Shown: positions 13,932 through 26,277, numbered from the stretch's first letter. The stretch is DNA of 64,000 nt from Octopus vulgaris (GCA_951406725.2 OX597819.1:69254001-69318000), one strand, 5' to 3'. A program made the numbers and translations. The notes: a model not told the origin generated them from the letters alone.

Positions 13932-14300
13932 GTAGTAGTAGTAGTAGTAGTATCATTAATGAGAATGCATGGCGTAGTGGTTAGAGTGTGACACTCCCGA
14001 TCGCCAGATCGTGGTTTCAATTCCTAGACGGGGTTGTACGTTGTGTTTTCCATCTCACGGTGTTCAGCGCACCTGGCTGAAAAATTATTGATCTCAAACC
14101 TATTTTAAAAATTGATTCCAATACTGATGTGGATGCTGTTGCTTGTTCGGAAGATGTTCTTGTATTTGTTCGTGTTATATTGTATTATTATAGAGACAAT
14201 ACATCTTATGACGTTATATAATTGAACGCATTCCACTCATGGCCATCCCAACATTTACTTGAAGTTTCTGTACATTGTGAGTACAGTTCATAAATGTAGT

Positions 14301-14352
<52 letters not shown>

Positions 14353-14380
14353 CATTATTATTATTATTATTATTATCATT

Positions 14381-14820
14381 AGTTTTAGTTTTATTTTTAT
14401 AGCGTGCTTTCACTTCACTACCGAGCGCAGCTCTGTGTGCCTTGGGTATGTGCTGTGATTTGTTGTGATGCTCTGATGGTTATTGTATGGAAAGTGTTCT
14501 GCGTAGGATGTGTGCAGTGCCTAGTAGTGCAATTTTCTGTATGTTATATGTGTTTGTAAGTCCTGGTGTTTTTGTTATGTATTTGTCTGAATATTTTTTA
14601 TCATGCCTAATGCACCTACTATGATAGGAATTGTTTCTGTTTTCAGGTTCCACATTCTAGTTACCTCTATTTCCAGGTCTTTGTATTTTGAGAGTTTCTC
14701 CATTTCTTTTAGAGACACGTTGTCATCTGCCGGTATTGATACATCAATTAGATTATTATTTTTTTCTTCATGATCTCTGACAACTATATCTGGTCTGTTG
14801 GCCTTAATTTCTCTATCTGT
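14381..14820 (-). mobile_element. Short 3' fragment of the same young Dong-like family (RLE tail + 3' UTR)
   Basis: Nearly identical to 10230-10672. Encodes TDREIKANRPDIVVRDHEEK...IDVSIPADDNVSLKEMEKLSKY. (ATT)n on both sides. Confidence 0.93.
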
Positions 14821-14840
14821 AATTATTATCATTATTATTA

Positions 14841-14889
<49 letters not shown>

Positions 14890-14900
14890 CATTATTATTA

Positions 14901-14967
<67 letters not shown>

Positions 14968-15032
14968 CATTATTATTATCGTTATTAGTATTATTATTAT
15001 TATTATAATTATTATTATTATCATTATTATTA

Positions 15033-15124
<92 letters not shown>

Positions 15125-15149
15125 GATAATAATAATAATAATAATAATG

Positions 15150-15182
<33 letters not shown>
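14821..15182. repeat. (ATT)n followed by inverted (AAT)n
   Basis: Direct reading; switch near 15126. Confidence 0.97.
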
Positions 15183-15184
<2 letters not shown>

Positions 15185-15512
15185 GAGTGAGAGAGCAGCA
15201 CACGGCAACAAAGTAATACTGGGGTTGCAATTATACGAAGCCAAGTATACCCCTAGTGACTACCTGTCTAATAAGTTATATAATTATTATTATTATTATA
15301 ATCATAACCACATGTGCGCGACATGGTGACCTTATAGCAAAATAAACAGCGCATGAACTTACTGGTGGGGCCCAGATAGAATTTTATTCAATCCGAGTAG
15401 CCCATCCTGCTCAAAAGGTCACTGAATAGGGATTTTAAAGATGATGAACAAAACACTCATGTTTCCAAAGGTGAATTATTCAAAGCACAATGAATTACTT
15501 TCAACACGCGGC
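15185..15512 (-). mobile_element. Family D, 3' ~330 bp, diverged
   Basis: GAGTGAGAGAGCAGC...CATGTTTCCAAAGGTGAATTAT. Confidence 0.8.
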
Positions 15513-15635
15513 AGCCTAGTTTCTCACACTAAGTATAATCTGAGTATATTAAATATTTAATCTACCACTTGATTGGGGACAGTTTTGTGATCCCACAAAT
15601 AGGAAGAACCGTACATTGTATATATATATATATAT

Positions 15636-15897
15636 ACAAACTGGGACAAGAACGCAAAACATTTTGTAGACGATACAAATACACGGATGGGACATTCGAA
15701 TACTTCAATCTTCAGGCAAGAATCGGATCATCCTCGCAACTTCGGCTAATTAATCTTGAGATTGCTCCAATCTAGCCCCAAGGAAAAACTAAGCTAAGCG
15801 CATTAGATTCCTTGGAAGAAGGCTTCGAATGTATAGAAAACAAGGACAGAAAAACGGACGATGTTACACGAATATGAATAGAAAAATAATACGTAAA

Positions 15898-15955
<58 letters not shown>

Positions 15956-16576
15956 GCGATAACAGGACATCACAAACAGGCGTCTTTCGACAAGGACGAA
16001 GTAAACTCAGCTATTGTGTTAGGAATGTGCCTTGGGGCAGAGGAAAAAAATGTTGGTGTTACCATGACGGCTGCCAGACCCAAAAAGGCCAGCAGTCCGT
16101 CAGTCAGTCACGTGTGAAGAGAAGAGAGAGGAAAAGATGAACAGAGTAATCACGGAGTGGGAGAAGAGAGAGGAAAAGGGGGACAAGGAATTAAGGAGGA
16201 TGAGAAGAGAGAGAGCGAGAAAAAGAGACAGGGACAAAGTGAAGTGCAAAGAAATGTAGGGGAGGGGGAGAGAGACAGTGTTGATGAGTCGTACTGAGTT
16301 TAGAGAAATGTGTACTTACATATAAGACCAAAAGGGTACGGGCGTCGCTATATATATATGTATATGTATAAAAAATACAAACTGGGACAAAGACGCAAAA
16401 CATTGTGAAGACGATACAAAAATAATACGGACGGGACATTCGAAGCCTTCAATCTTCAGTCAAGAACCGGATCATCCTCGCAATTTCGGCTGATTAATCT
16501 TGAGATCGCTCCAATCTGGCCAGCTCCAAGGGAAAACTAAGCTAAGCGCATTAGATTCATTGGAAGAAAGCTTCGA

Positions 16577-16582
<6 letters not shown>
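15636..16582. repeat. Pair of ~200 bp direct repeats (15636-15834 and 16376-16582) around a ~540 bp spacer
   Basis: Both run ACAAACTGGGACAAAG/AG...ACATTCGAA...CTAAGCTAAGCGCATTAGATTC...GCTTCGAATGTAT. Confidence 0.85.
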
Positions 16583-16615
<33 letters not shown>

Positions 16616-16619
<4 letters not shown>

Positions 16620-16850
16620 TTGATTTGATTTCCTCTAGTTTCAGTTCATGACCTGTGGCTATGCCGGGGCACTTTCTTCTGGTGCTGTCACATAATTTTA
16701 CTTCACTAATTCCTTCTCGAAATTGGTGCATGGTGTAGCTGCCTTCATCAGCACTTCCTGCTGTGAAGTTGGTTCATCTGGGACACTTGACAGTAAGAAA
16801 TCTAGTCTCGTTTTGAAGACTCCTACATCCACCCCATGTAGGTCTAGGTC
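16616..16850 (-). mobile_element. 3' end of a CR1-group LINE (ORF2 C-terminus + tail)
   Basis: My translation DLHGVDVGVFKTRLDFLLSSVPDEPTSQQEVLMKAA resembles the FK..LD.FL..VPD.P C-terminus of invertebrate CR1-like ORF2s. Ends in (AAATC)n. Confidence 0.6.
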
Positions 16851-16891
16851 TCTTTCTCGCTATGTATATTATATATACGTGTGTGTGAGTA

Positions 16892-16927
<36 letters not shown>

Positions 16928-18781
16928 TGTATGTATGTATGTATGTATGTATGTATGTATGTTTGTTTGTACATAGTCCCACTGCACAAAACTATCCCAA
17001 CGAATTCATTGGTTTAACTCCATTTGCTCGGCAAAATCTCTATTTATATCCAGGAATATAAAGAAATCAATGCAAATAAGAGATGTCAAATATCTGAAAT
17101 GAACCATTACTACAAATAAATAGCCTTAACAGTTATATTATGTTCATTGTTTTCAAATCAAGAGCAACATAACATCTCTATTAAAATCATATAATACGGT
17201 TATTATATTTAAAATTACATATGATTGCCTTTATCAATAATTTAAATACGAATGCTTTGATGGGGGAAGGTATGGCGCTGCTAAATCTAGATAATTACGT
17301 CTATATAATCGATACGTGAACATTTTCATCAACAAATATATTAATATACATTTACTTCATATCTAGGTCAAAATTATAAATATATGTTTATTGTAAAATG
17401 AGTTGAAACATTTCCTAGATAGATGAATTAGTAACCATTACCCAAAACATCAACCCAATGAAACCCCTTGCCAACCAAGGATTTTTAATCGGTTTCGATG
17501 CAGTCAATGCTTAGTTTTGTTTTCTTTTCTTTACTTTCTCTTTTTTTTGTTTCGTATTTCTTACATCTGAAACAAAGAACAACACTCATCCCCTTTCCTG
17601 ATAAGGCAAGACCAGGAAAAATAATATCAAAGGGGAAAATATCGAAAATTCAACATTCCATGGAGTAGGGACTCTGCTTTATGGTTAGAGTAGAGTGGAA
17701 CACAACGAGCGTGACGAGAGAATGAGAGACGAGTTACTAAAACAGTGTGTGAGTGTAGATTGTAAAAGAACGGCAAGCATCGAAATGCAGAGGGACAATA
17801 CAGAACATATGAGTACCAAAAGGAAGAAAATGTTTGTAAATGGCTTAATTCCTTCTTATATGTCGCATAATATTTCTCAGGATATGGATCAACAGCGATA
17901 GTTACTTAGGACCAGAACATTACTTCGAATCTGAGTTGGGTTCTCTTTCATTCAAGAATTATTAGTTGCTGAAAATTTTTCTAGTTCAGGAAAGAAGGAC
18001 TAATCTTTAAGCTATCATCTTCCTTGAGTCACGAATGAGTGTGTTAACGCTATGTAAGATAATTACCGAGATCGATGGTTAGCATTTACATTGATAACAA
18101 TAACTGAGTTTAAACTGAGATGAGAAGGTAAAATGCTCTTCTTGATAAGAATGGTGTTTGTAACATTTTTATAGTTATAGAAATAGACTAGACTGGCATT
18201 TCTGGATTAGTATACCCTTCGGTGACTGTAATTTGTTGTGAAGTGTTTGGGCTGCAGGTCGATGACGGTTTCATGGGGAAAGGAAAAGTGGTGTCATCTT
18301 GTTTAAAGTACGCGTCATTGCACATGTAGGCATACATGCCACCACCAGTTTTGACACGGACGCGAATAAATATAAGCTGTAGGGGCCTTGCTTTTTTGCC
18401 TGAATTTCGACAGCGCAGTTATGAGCAAATCTTTCTAGAATTTTCGATCAACCAATGTTACATACTGAGTACAATGTTATATGATTATTTCAGTCGTAAA
18501 CGTAAATTGGTCTGCAATAGAGAAAATATGATGACAAAATAGCTTGCAACTTCAGCTTCACTATTCGACCAACTTGAATTATTGAAGTTTACTGATAGAA
18601 TTAGCAAGTAAACGAGCTAATTCTATCAGTATCGAAGTTGCAGCAAATATCGTCAGCGCTTTATCTAAACTTTCACAAGCAATATAGCAAGGAATAATTT
18701 TTGCGTATTAAGATTATGATATATTCTATCTATCTATATTTATATCTATCTGTCTACCTATCTATCTAGCTATTTATATAC

Positions 18782-18810
18782 ATATATATATATATATATG
18801 TATATATTTA

Positions 18811-18899
<89 letters not shown>

Positions 18900-18919
18900 T
18901 AAAATGGAACCTGCGTTCC

Positions 18920-18986
<67 letters not shown>
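18782..18986. repeat. (TA)n arrays
   Basis: Direct reading. Confidence 0.97.
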
Positions 18987-18989
<3 letters not shown>

Positions 18990-19088
18990 TGAATTCTGAT
19001 TTTCACGTTTTATTTACAATCTTATAATGATATAAGATAATATAATAAAATAAAATAAAATAATAGAATGTTAAATGTTCATTCTGAT

Positions 19089-19133
19089 TGAACTAGTACT
19101 TTCATGCATTAAATTCTGCAATATTCAGGTTCA
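19089..19133 (-). ncRNA. Minimal type I hammerhead ribozyme-like motif (core position G8 altered)
   Basis: Minus strand: TGAAC CTGAATA T TGCA-GAATTTAA-TGCA T GAAA GTAC TA GTTCA. Stem I TGAAC/GTTCA, stem II TGCA/TGCA, palindromic GTAC in stem III. Confidence 0.65.
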
Positions 19134-19558
19134 TGTAGTAGTGGTGACAGTCATGCTTTACAATTTTTGACTGTAGCGAGATGATTGAAACTGTGCTTTA
19201 AATACAGTTGGGTAGGTTCCAGATGCTAGGTTTTGCAAACTGTATTCTGACCAATCAGTGTGTAGTATCACTCAATTACTTAAGCTGATTGGTTGGTTGA
19301 GCTGATTGGTTTAGGCGTCACGCTTTGTTGGACATATCAAGAGTCCTGTATCTCGACCCTGGCCGAAGCCGCAATTGTTGGGCTATTTTTAGAAATGTTG
19401 TAAATAGCCTTTGTCAGTTTAGATTTTTATATTTTTATATTTCAATTGTCATCATCATCATTGTCAGCACCTTAATTATTGTTGCTAGTGGTGATGGTGG
19501 TGGCAATAGAACTTTTAACCCTAAATAAGATAATTTTCCTGCTATCTAAGTATTATTA

Positions 19559-20120
19559 TTATTGCTTATTTAGCTTGAGTTCGAATTTATCAATAAAATT
19601 CTTTTCTCTGATTTTCCTCTCGATATCACTTGGGCTGTGTAATTTGTAGAATGGAATTATTATATATATTTTCCGGCCACATGTTGCTAGGTGGTTACTC
19701 AAAGGTATCTGACAGACCTCTGGGTCTCTAATCTGTTGCCGGTGTACACGTGAGCGTTCTGATAGTACGTTTCCCGTCTGACCTACATATATTTCTTCAC
19801 AATTTGGGCATTTGATGCAGTAAATTAAATTTCTGCTTTTGCAGTTCATATTCGCGTTTGTGAATATTTTCCCGGTTTTTGTGTTTATATATTGGCCGGT
19901 ATGTGTGAATTGGCATGTGCCACATCGACTATCATTGCATTTAGATACAGTGAATGTTTGATCTTTGTTGCTAAGGTCAAATTTTGCGTTTGTTAGTAAT
20001 TTTTTCAAGTTTTTAGTCTTTTACTAAGCACCATAGCTCGATCCGTGATTATGCCTTTTAATTCATTACTTTGGGCAATTATTGGTAGGTTTGCTTTTGC
20101 AATGTTGAAGATATTCTGGT
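19559..20120 (-). pseudogene. PLE GIY-YIG endonuclease, truncated and frameshifted near 20005
   Basis: ORF 19559..20008 plus upstream NIFNIAKANLPIIAQSNELKGII in another frame. Confidence 0.85.
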
Positions 20121-20187
<67 letters not shown>

Positions 20188-20853
20188 TAATAATAATAAT
20201 ATGACAATAAAAGAATGAATACGTGACAACTAATTGTCACATATATTTATATATATGTGTGTGAGTGTGTGTGTGTATGTATGTACGTATAAATATATGT
20301 ATATATATATATATATATATATGTGCAAACACATATAATTATATAGATAGATAGACTGATAGACTGACAGACAGACAAACAGACAGATAGAGGAGAGGAG
20401 GGGAGAGGAATACTGTTATCTCTTTCAGCCTGTTTGTTGTAGCCATATTGCAACAATGATTTAGACGAATTTGTATCTGAGGAGGTAAATACCAGGTTAA
20501 ACGCTTGTGAAATGGTTTACGACTCCTCCACGCTTATAAAATATATTCAATCAAAATGAGTTCTTCTTCGAGTTTAAGGCGTAGCCATTAGAAACGGATG
20601 CGCTATCTTATTGAGGCATTGGTGAAGCTACTCAGGGAATTAGACTTGGCAGCCTATTAACCAGCAAGATGAAGAAAAATACATTTAGCTACCATAAAAT
20701 GCCTGTTTTAATCTGTGCAGTTATCATCACACAAACAGCCGATTTCCTCCAAGACAAACACTTGAAGGAACAACATTATATTTCGTGACACGCTACTTCC
20801 CAAATTCGCGCGCGGAGATGCAGTATGTTTATGTATATATGTATATATATATG

Positions 20854-20897
<44 letters not shown>

Positions 20898-22133
20898 TGT
20901 TTGTGTGTGTGTCTGAATCTGTGTGTCTGTGTGCTTGTGTGTTTGTGACTGGGTGTTGCTATACATGGTTTGTTACTATATTGCTAAGCAGAAAATGTTT
21001 CCCACTCCACACACAAATAAGTTACTATAACACCTACTCACAGATGTGGAATATTGAAATACGCAGATACGCTTGCATGCTTGAAAACAAAATAGCTTGG
21101 ATATTAACCCTCTCTCTATATAATATACATGTTTATTTATAGATTTATACACACACACACCTATGAACATAGGTACATACCTGATATAAGGACTTGGGAT
21201 AGAGAGGAGAAACTGTGCACAGTTGTGGTAATTAGCTGCCCAGTGGTCGTTAACATAAAGCTGAAGAACAGTAAAAGAGGAGCACTTACGCTCAACTATT
21301 GAAACATTTGCAGTTACTCTATCCAGATTACGAGTTCGGGTTTATACCTGTAATTATTGGGTCTCTGGTATACATAACACACTGTCTACATACCAATCTT
21401 GAGAAATGAGGCTTCTCACAACCAGAAAGAAGAAAGCTAATTCGTAGACTACAGATCCACTGCGTCACTGGAACTGTAAAAATCTGTAAAACTTTCCAAA
21501 AGTTTATAATTTAAATATATATGAACATGTCTAGATATGCAACTGTATGTATGAAAATGCATACATAAAACATACAAATCTGCACATACATACATACATA
21601 CATACAGACAGACACAAATGCTATGTTATTGATGTTGAGTTAGAGACCGGTCCTTTCTCTATTGGCAAGAAATCTTGAAATAAATTGGATAATGCCATAC
21701 ATACATACATTTACATATGTAAATATACATGCAACATATTATACTGAAATACAAGCAGCAACATTTACATGGAATATAAAGTTAGAGAAAGTGAGGTTCT
21801 TAATGAAGCCGAAAAAGTTCAGCGTTAATATCTATTGTGTTAAATATTAAATGTGCATTAAGATTCGGCAAAGGAAAATGTTGAATTTGTGTAGATATAT
21901 ATAAGCATTTTTTTTCATTCCCTTTCTATTTATTTCCCCTTATTCTTTTCCATCTAAGAGCGTAGGCTCGAAATGTAAAAGACATTTCAATTTTTCCCTA
22001 GCGTCAAACAAATACAGCCGTCATCGTCTTTTGATTTTCTATAAATTTGAACTATATATGTGTGTATAATATGCATACACCTAAACTATAATGAAGAAAA
22101 TCGTATTTGCATATAGACATATAATAATAAAAT

Positions 22134-22201
<68 letters not shown>

Positions 22202-22569
22202 CATATATAAAATATGGGTGTTTAGTTCACATGTGATCTAAACGGGCAGGTACGCTGGGTAGGGCAGGAACGGATTGCCAGGCTTCTAGCCTCGAAAACG
22301 AGACGGGGGTTATTGAACTATGGCACTATTATAGATTTCCGATATAACAGATATAAATACGTTTAAAAGAATAACAAACACCAAGCCGTATATGTCATTA
22401 TTATTAAAAATTATTAAGTAATTTTAAGCAATTTAAAATTGCTTCATAATTTTCAAGAATAAAACATATATCACTTGAGATGTCTTGCCTTGGGGTTTAT
22501 TATTCTTTTTAGCAAATTTCATACATACATACATACATACATACATACATACATACATACATACATACA

Positions 22570-22605
<36 letters not shown>

Positions 22606-22607
22606 TG

Positions 22608-22657
<50 letters not shown>

Positions 22658-22704
22658 CACACACATATATATATGCATGTATCTATGAATGTGTATATAT
22701 GTGA

Positions 22705-22882
22705 GAGAGTGGCTGTCTCGTAAAAAAATTGCTTCCCAACCTCATGGTTCCGGGTTCAGTCCCACTGCTTGGCACCTTGGGCTAGTATCTCCTACTATAG
22801 ACACGGGCCGACCAAAAACATGTGATTGGATTTGGTAGACGGAAACCGAAAAAAGTTCGTGTATACATACATACAGACATAT

Positions 22883-22929
<47 letters not shown>

Positions 22930-23128
22930 TATATATATATGTATTTGTGTGTCTGTGTTTGTCCACCCCACCATCGCTTGACAACCGATGTTCATGTGTT
23001 TACTTCCCCGATAGAATAAGTACTAAGCTTAAAAAGAGTAAGTCATGAGTTCGATTTCTTCGAGTAATCGTGCTACTCCAGCATGGTAGCAGTCAAAGGA
23101 CCGAAGCAAGTAAAAGAATAAAAGAATA
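22705..23128 (+). mobile_element. SINE family A
   Basis: B box GGTTCAGTCCC, body, internal (TA)n, tail. Confidence 0.85.
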
Positions 23129-23350
23129 CCTCCTACACACACACACACTTATTTGTTTATACCTTAATATCGAACAGTAAGAATTAGTGCTTAACTCTGC
23201 ATCGGATGATAAACATTCTTTATTTGTGGAGTAACCAGTCTACCATTCGTTTCATGGTGGAAGAGATATATCTCTCCCAGCATGAAACCGATGGTTGTCT
23301 GGTTACATAGTGAATAAAGTATACATACATACACACGAAAGCACACTCAG

Positions 23351-23439
<89 letters not shown>

Positions 23440-23481
23440 CACACTCAGACACACAGAAACACAAATATACATATGTATAAA

Positions 23482-23737
23482 ATGTTCCTTCTTGAGCCAT
23501 GCCAAGCTCATTAGGGCAAGTTTCCCGGTTTCAGTGGTGTAGAAATTCCCCACCTGGACGAGACGCCGGTCCGTCGAATGATTATTCATTTTTCCAGCTG
23601 GGTGGACTGGACTGGACTGGAGCAACGTGCAATGAAGTGTTTTACTCAATAACATAACGCATCGCCCGGTCCAGGAATCGAAGCCACAATCATATGATCA
23701 TGAGTTCAACACCCTTCCCACTAAGCCACGCGCCTCC
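23482..23737 (-). mobile_element. SINE family C (tRNA-derived head); a related head is at ~13967-14050 (+)
   Basis: Minus strand GGCGCGTGGCTTAGTGG (A box)...GCTTCGATTCCTGG (B box), then a CORE-like TGAGTAAAACACTTCA...CAGCTGGAAAAATG segment. Confidence 0.75.
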
Positions 23738-24706
23738 ATAATATGCATATGTATATTATACACTAATTGATATAAGTGTGTATGCGTATATTAAATGCGT
23801 ATATACTTACACGCATATGCATTTGCATGATTTTCCATTGATCAATGGCAATGAGGAAATCTGTCGATCATTACATATTGTTGAAGAGAATTATTAGGAA
23901 TTGGTTATTGTTTTCTGACATAAAGACTCACGATTTCAGCTACACACGTTTACTTTCACATTACACACGAGCATGTAAAATCTATATACACATTACCCGT
24001 ATATTTCTATAAAACTGTCGACCCACATATACTTGTATCAACATGCATTACACACTTGTATGTATGCTTGATTGGACAGAAACATACAGAGCAGAAATAT
24101 TTAAACAGAAGAAAAATGTATAAACAAATTATGTATTGATTGAATGTTCTGGAAGAGAATTTAAAATTCTTAACGAAAGTACTTAATACAAACGACGTCA
24201 AAATAAAAATCATTACAATGAAAAAAAAAATGACTATAACATCAACAACAGCTAAAATACTACGAGACATGTAAATGTGGTTGTTTCTGTATATTCTACG
24301 TTGAATGTTAAAAACAACAATAATAATAATTCTAATAATATTATGAATGATTGCAGGCCACAAAGAAAGATCTAAATTATGTTCTTACATGGTTCTCATT
24401 GATTACACAGTAGCAGATATGAAAAAAGTAAACGCTGATTATGTTTGTTTGAGTGCAAATAATTATGTTCGTTAATCTCTCTGTATAGGCATTAGGATGT
24501 TTATGTGTGTATGTGTGTGTATGCGTGTGAATGAGCGAGAGAAGGAGAGAGAGATAAATGACGAGAGAGAAGAGAAAGAAATTGTGACAATGCTATCTCT
24601 ACCTTTCCCCCAAAATAGATTCATGAGTACATGCAAACAGAATCGCACTTTCATGTACGTCATACAAAAGCATATTTACATGGTGGTATATATCTATCTA
24701 TATGCC

Positions 24707-24942
24707 AGCGGCGAGCTGGCAGAAACGTTCGGACACCGGGAGAAATGCGTAGCCGTATTTCGTCTGCCATTACGTTCTGAGTTCAAATTCCGCCGAGGTC
24801 GAGTTTGCCTTTCATCCTTTCGGGGTCGATTAAATAAATGCCAGTTACGCACTGGGGTCGATATAATCGACTTAATCCGTTTGTCTGTCCTTGTTTGTCC
24901 TCTCTGTGTTTAGCCCCTTCTGGGTAGAAAAGAAATAGGTAT
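24707..24942 (+). mobile_element. SINE family B
   Basis: GGCGAGCTGGCAGAAACG head, B-box-like GAGTTCAAATTCC, central GCCTTTCATCCTTTCGGGGTCGAT. Repeated in the window. Confidence 0.85.
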
Positions 24943-24977
24943 ATATCTATCTATCCATCTATCTATATTTATGTATA

Positions 24978-25048
<71 letters not shown>

Positions 25049-25586
25049 CTAAAATATTCCGTAAAGAAGAACATTATTGACAGTGACTTCGAAGTTACTG
25101 TCAATAATATTCTTGCTTAAGATTAATAAATTTGTCCTCTACAAAATACAGCATAAGCCATTAGATTAAATTCAAATTATTTTTATTTCGACTCCTAAAC
25201 AAACGCTGATATGAGTGTGTGTGTGTGTGGGGGGGGTTTGTGTGTGTGTAGGGATGGATGTATATACAGACATACATGCATGGATGTACGTATATGCGAA
25301 TAGAAACATATGTCGGAGAGTTTCTGTGCACATGTTTCTATGGACACACGCATAAGCATCTACGGATATATTCCTGTATTTACGTCAGTCAGACTCGTAT
25401 CTGTGTGGTGCAAAAAAATTATAGACGTACTTTTGTACGGTAACAAAATTGATTTTCAGTTCATTGTCTTCTTTGTACTTTTAATAAAAGCCCTAGATTT
25501 CTCTCATTCAGTTAAGCCCTCGTAAATATCACACGTTAAAACACACTTTTATTTTAGTCATATTATTTTCTTTCGTTCTTTCTCAG

Positions 25587-25589
<3 letters not shown>

Positions 25590-25661
<72 letters not shown>
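25590..25661. repeat. (CT)n
   Basis: Direct reading. Confidence 0.98.
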
Positions 25662-25665
<4 letters not shown>

Positions 25666-25868
25666 GTATCTCCATATTTCTCTCTTACTCTCTCGCTCCT
25701 CTCGTTTTTTCTCTACCGTATATATTTCTTTCCTTCTTTCCTGAGTGTCCAATATTACTATATTTGTTCCACGTCCTCGCGTTGTTGTTTTTTTGTACTT
25801 TCATGTTTGGATTAACTATATATATATTTATATATATGTGCATGTGTGTGTGTGTTTATATGTATGTT

Positions 25869-25903
<35 letters not shown>

Positions 25904-26076
25904 GCGTGTGTGTGTATCTATATGATATAGGTACATGCATGCATACATACGTATATATATATATTATATACATATGTATATATATATGTATATGTGTGTA
26001 AGTGTGTGTATATAAATCTGCGCATGTATGTATGTATGGATGTATGTATATGAAGCGTATTTGTATCTATCTATTT

Positions 26077-26120
26077 AGATAGATAGATAGATAGACAGAA
26101 AGACAGACAGACAGACAGAC

Positions 26121-26164
<44 letters not shown>

Positions 26165-26197
26165 TGATAGATAGATAGATAGATAGATAGATATATT

Positions 26198-26277
<80 letters not shown>
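26077..26277. repeat. (GACA)n/(GATA)n
   Basis: Direct reading. Confidence 0.98.

Larger units (their letters stand above)
18990..20122 (-). mobile_element. Penelope-like element 3' part: GIY-YIG endonuclease + pseudo-LTR, flanked by (TA)n
   Basis: CNDSRCGTC linker and NLIYCIKCPNCEEIYVGQTG...ERSRVH GIY-YIG motif. The downstream non-coding region carries a hammerhead-like motif. Confidence 0.85.

Noticed and set aside
14821-15120. CRISPR-like periodic array
   Set aside because: Simple (ATT)n with ATC interruptions, no unique spacers, eukaryotic context.
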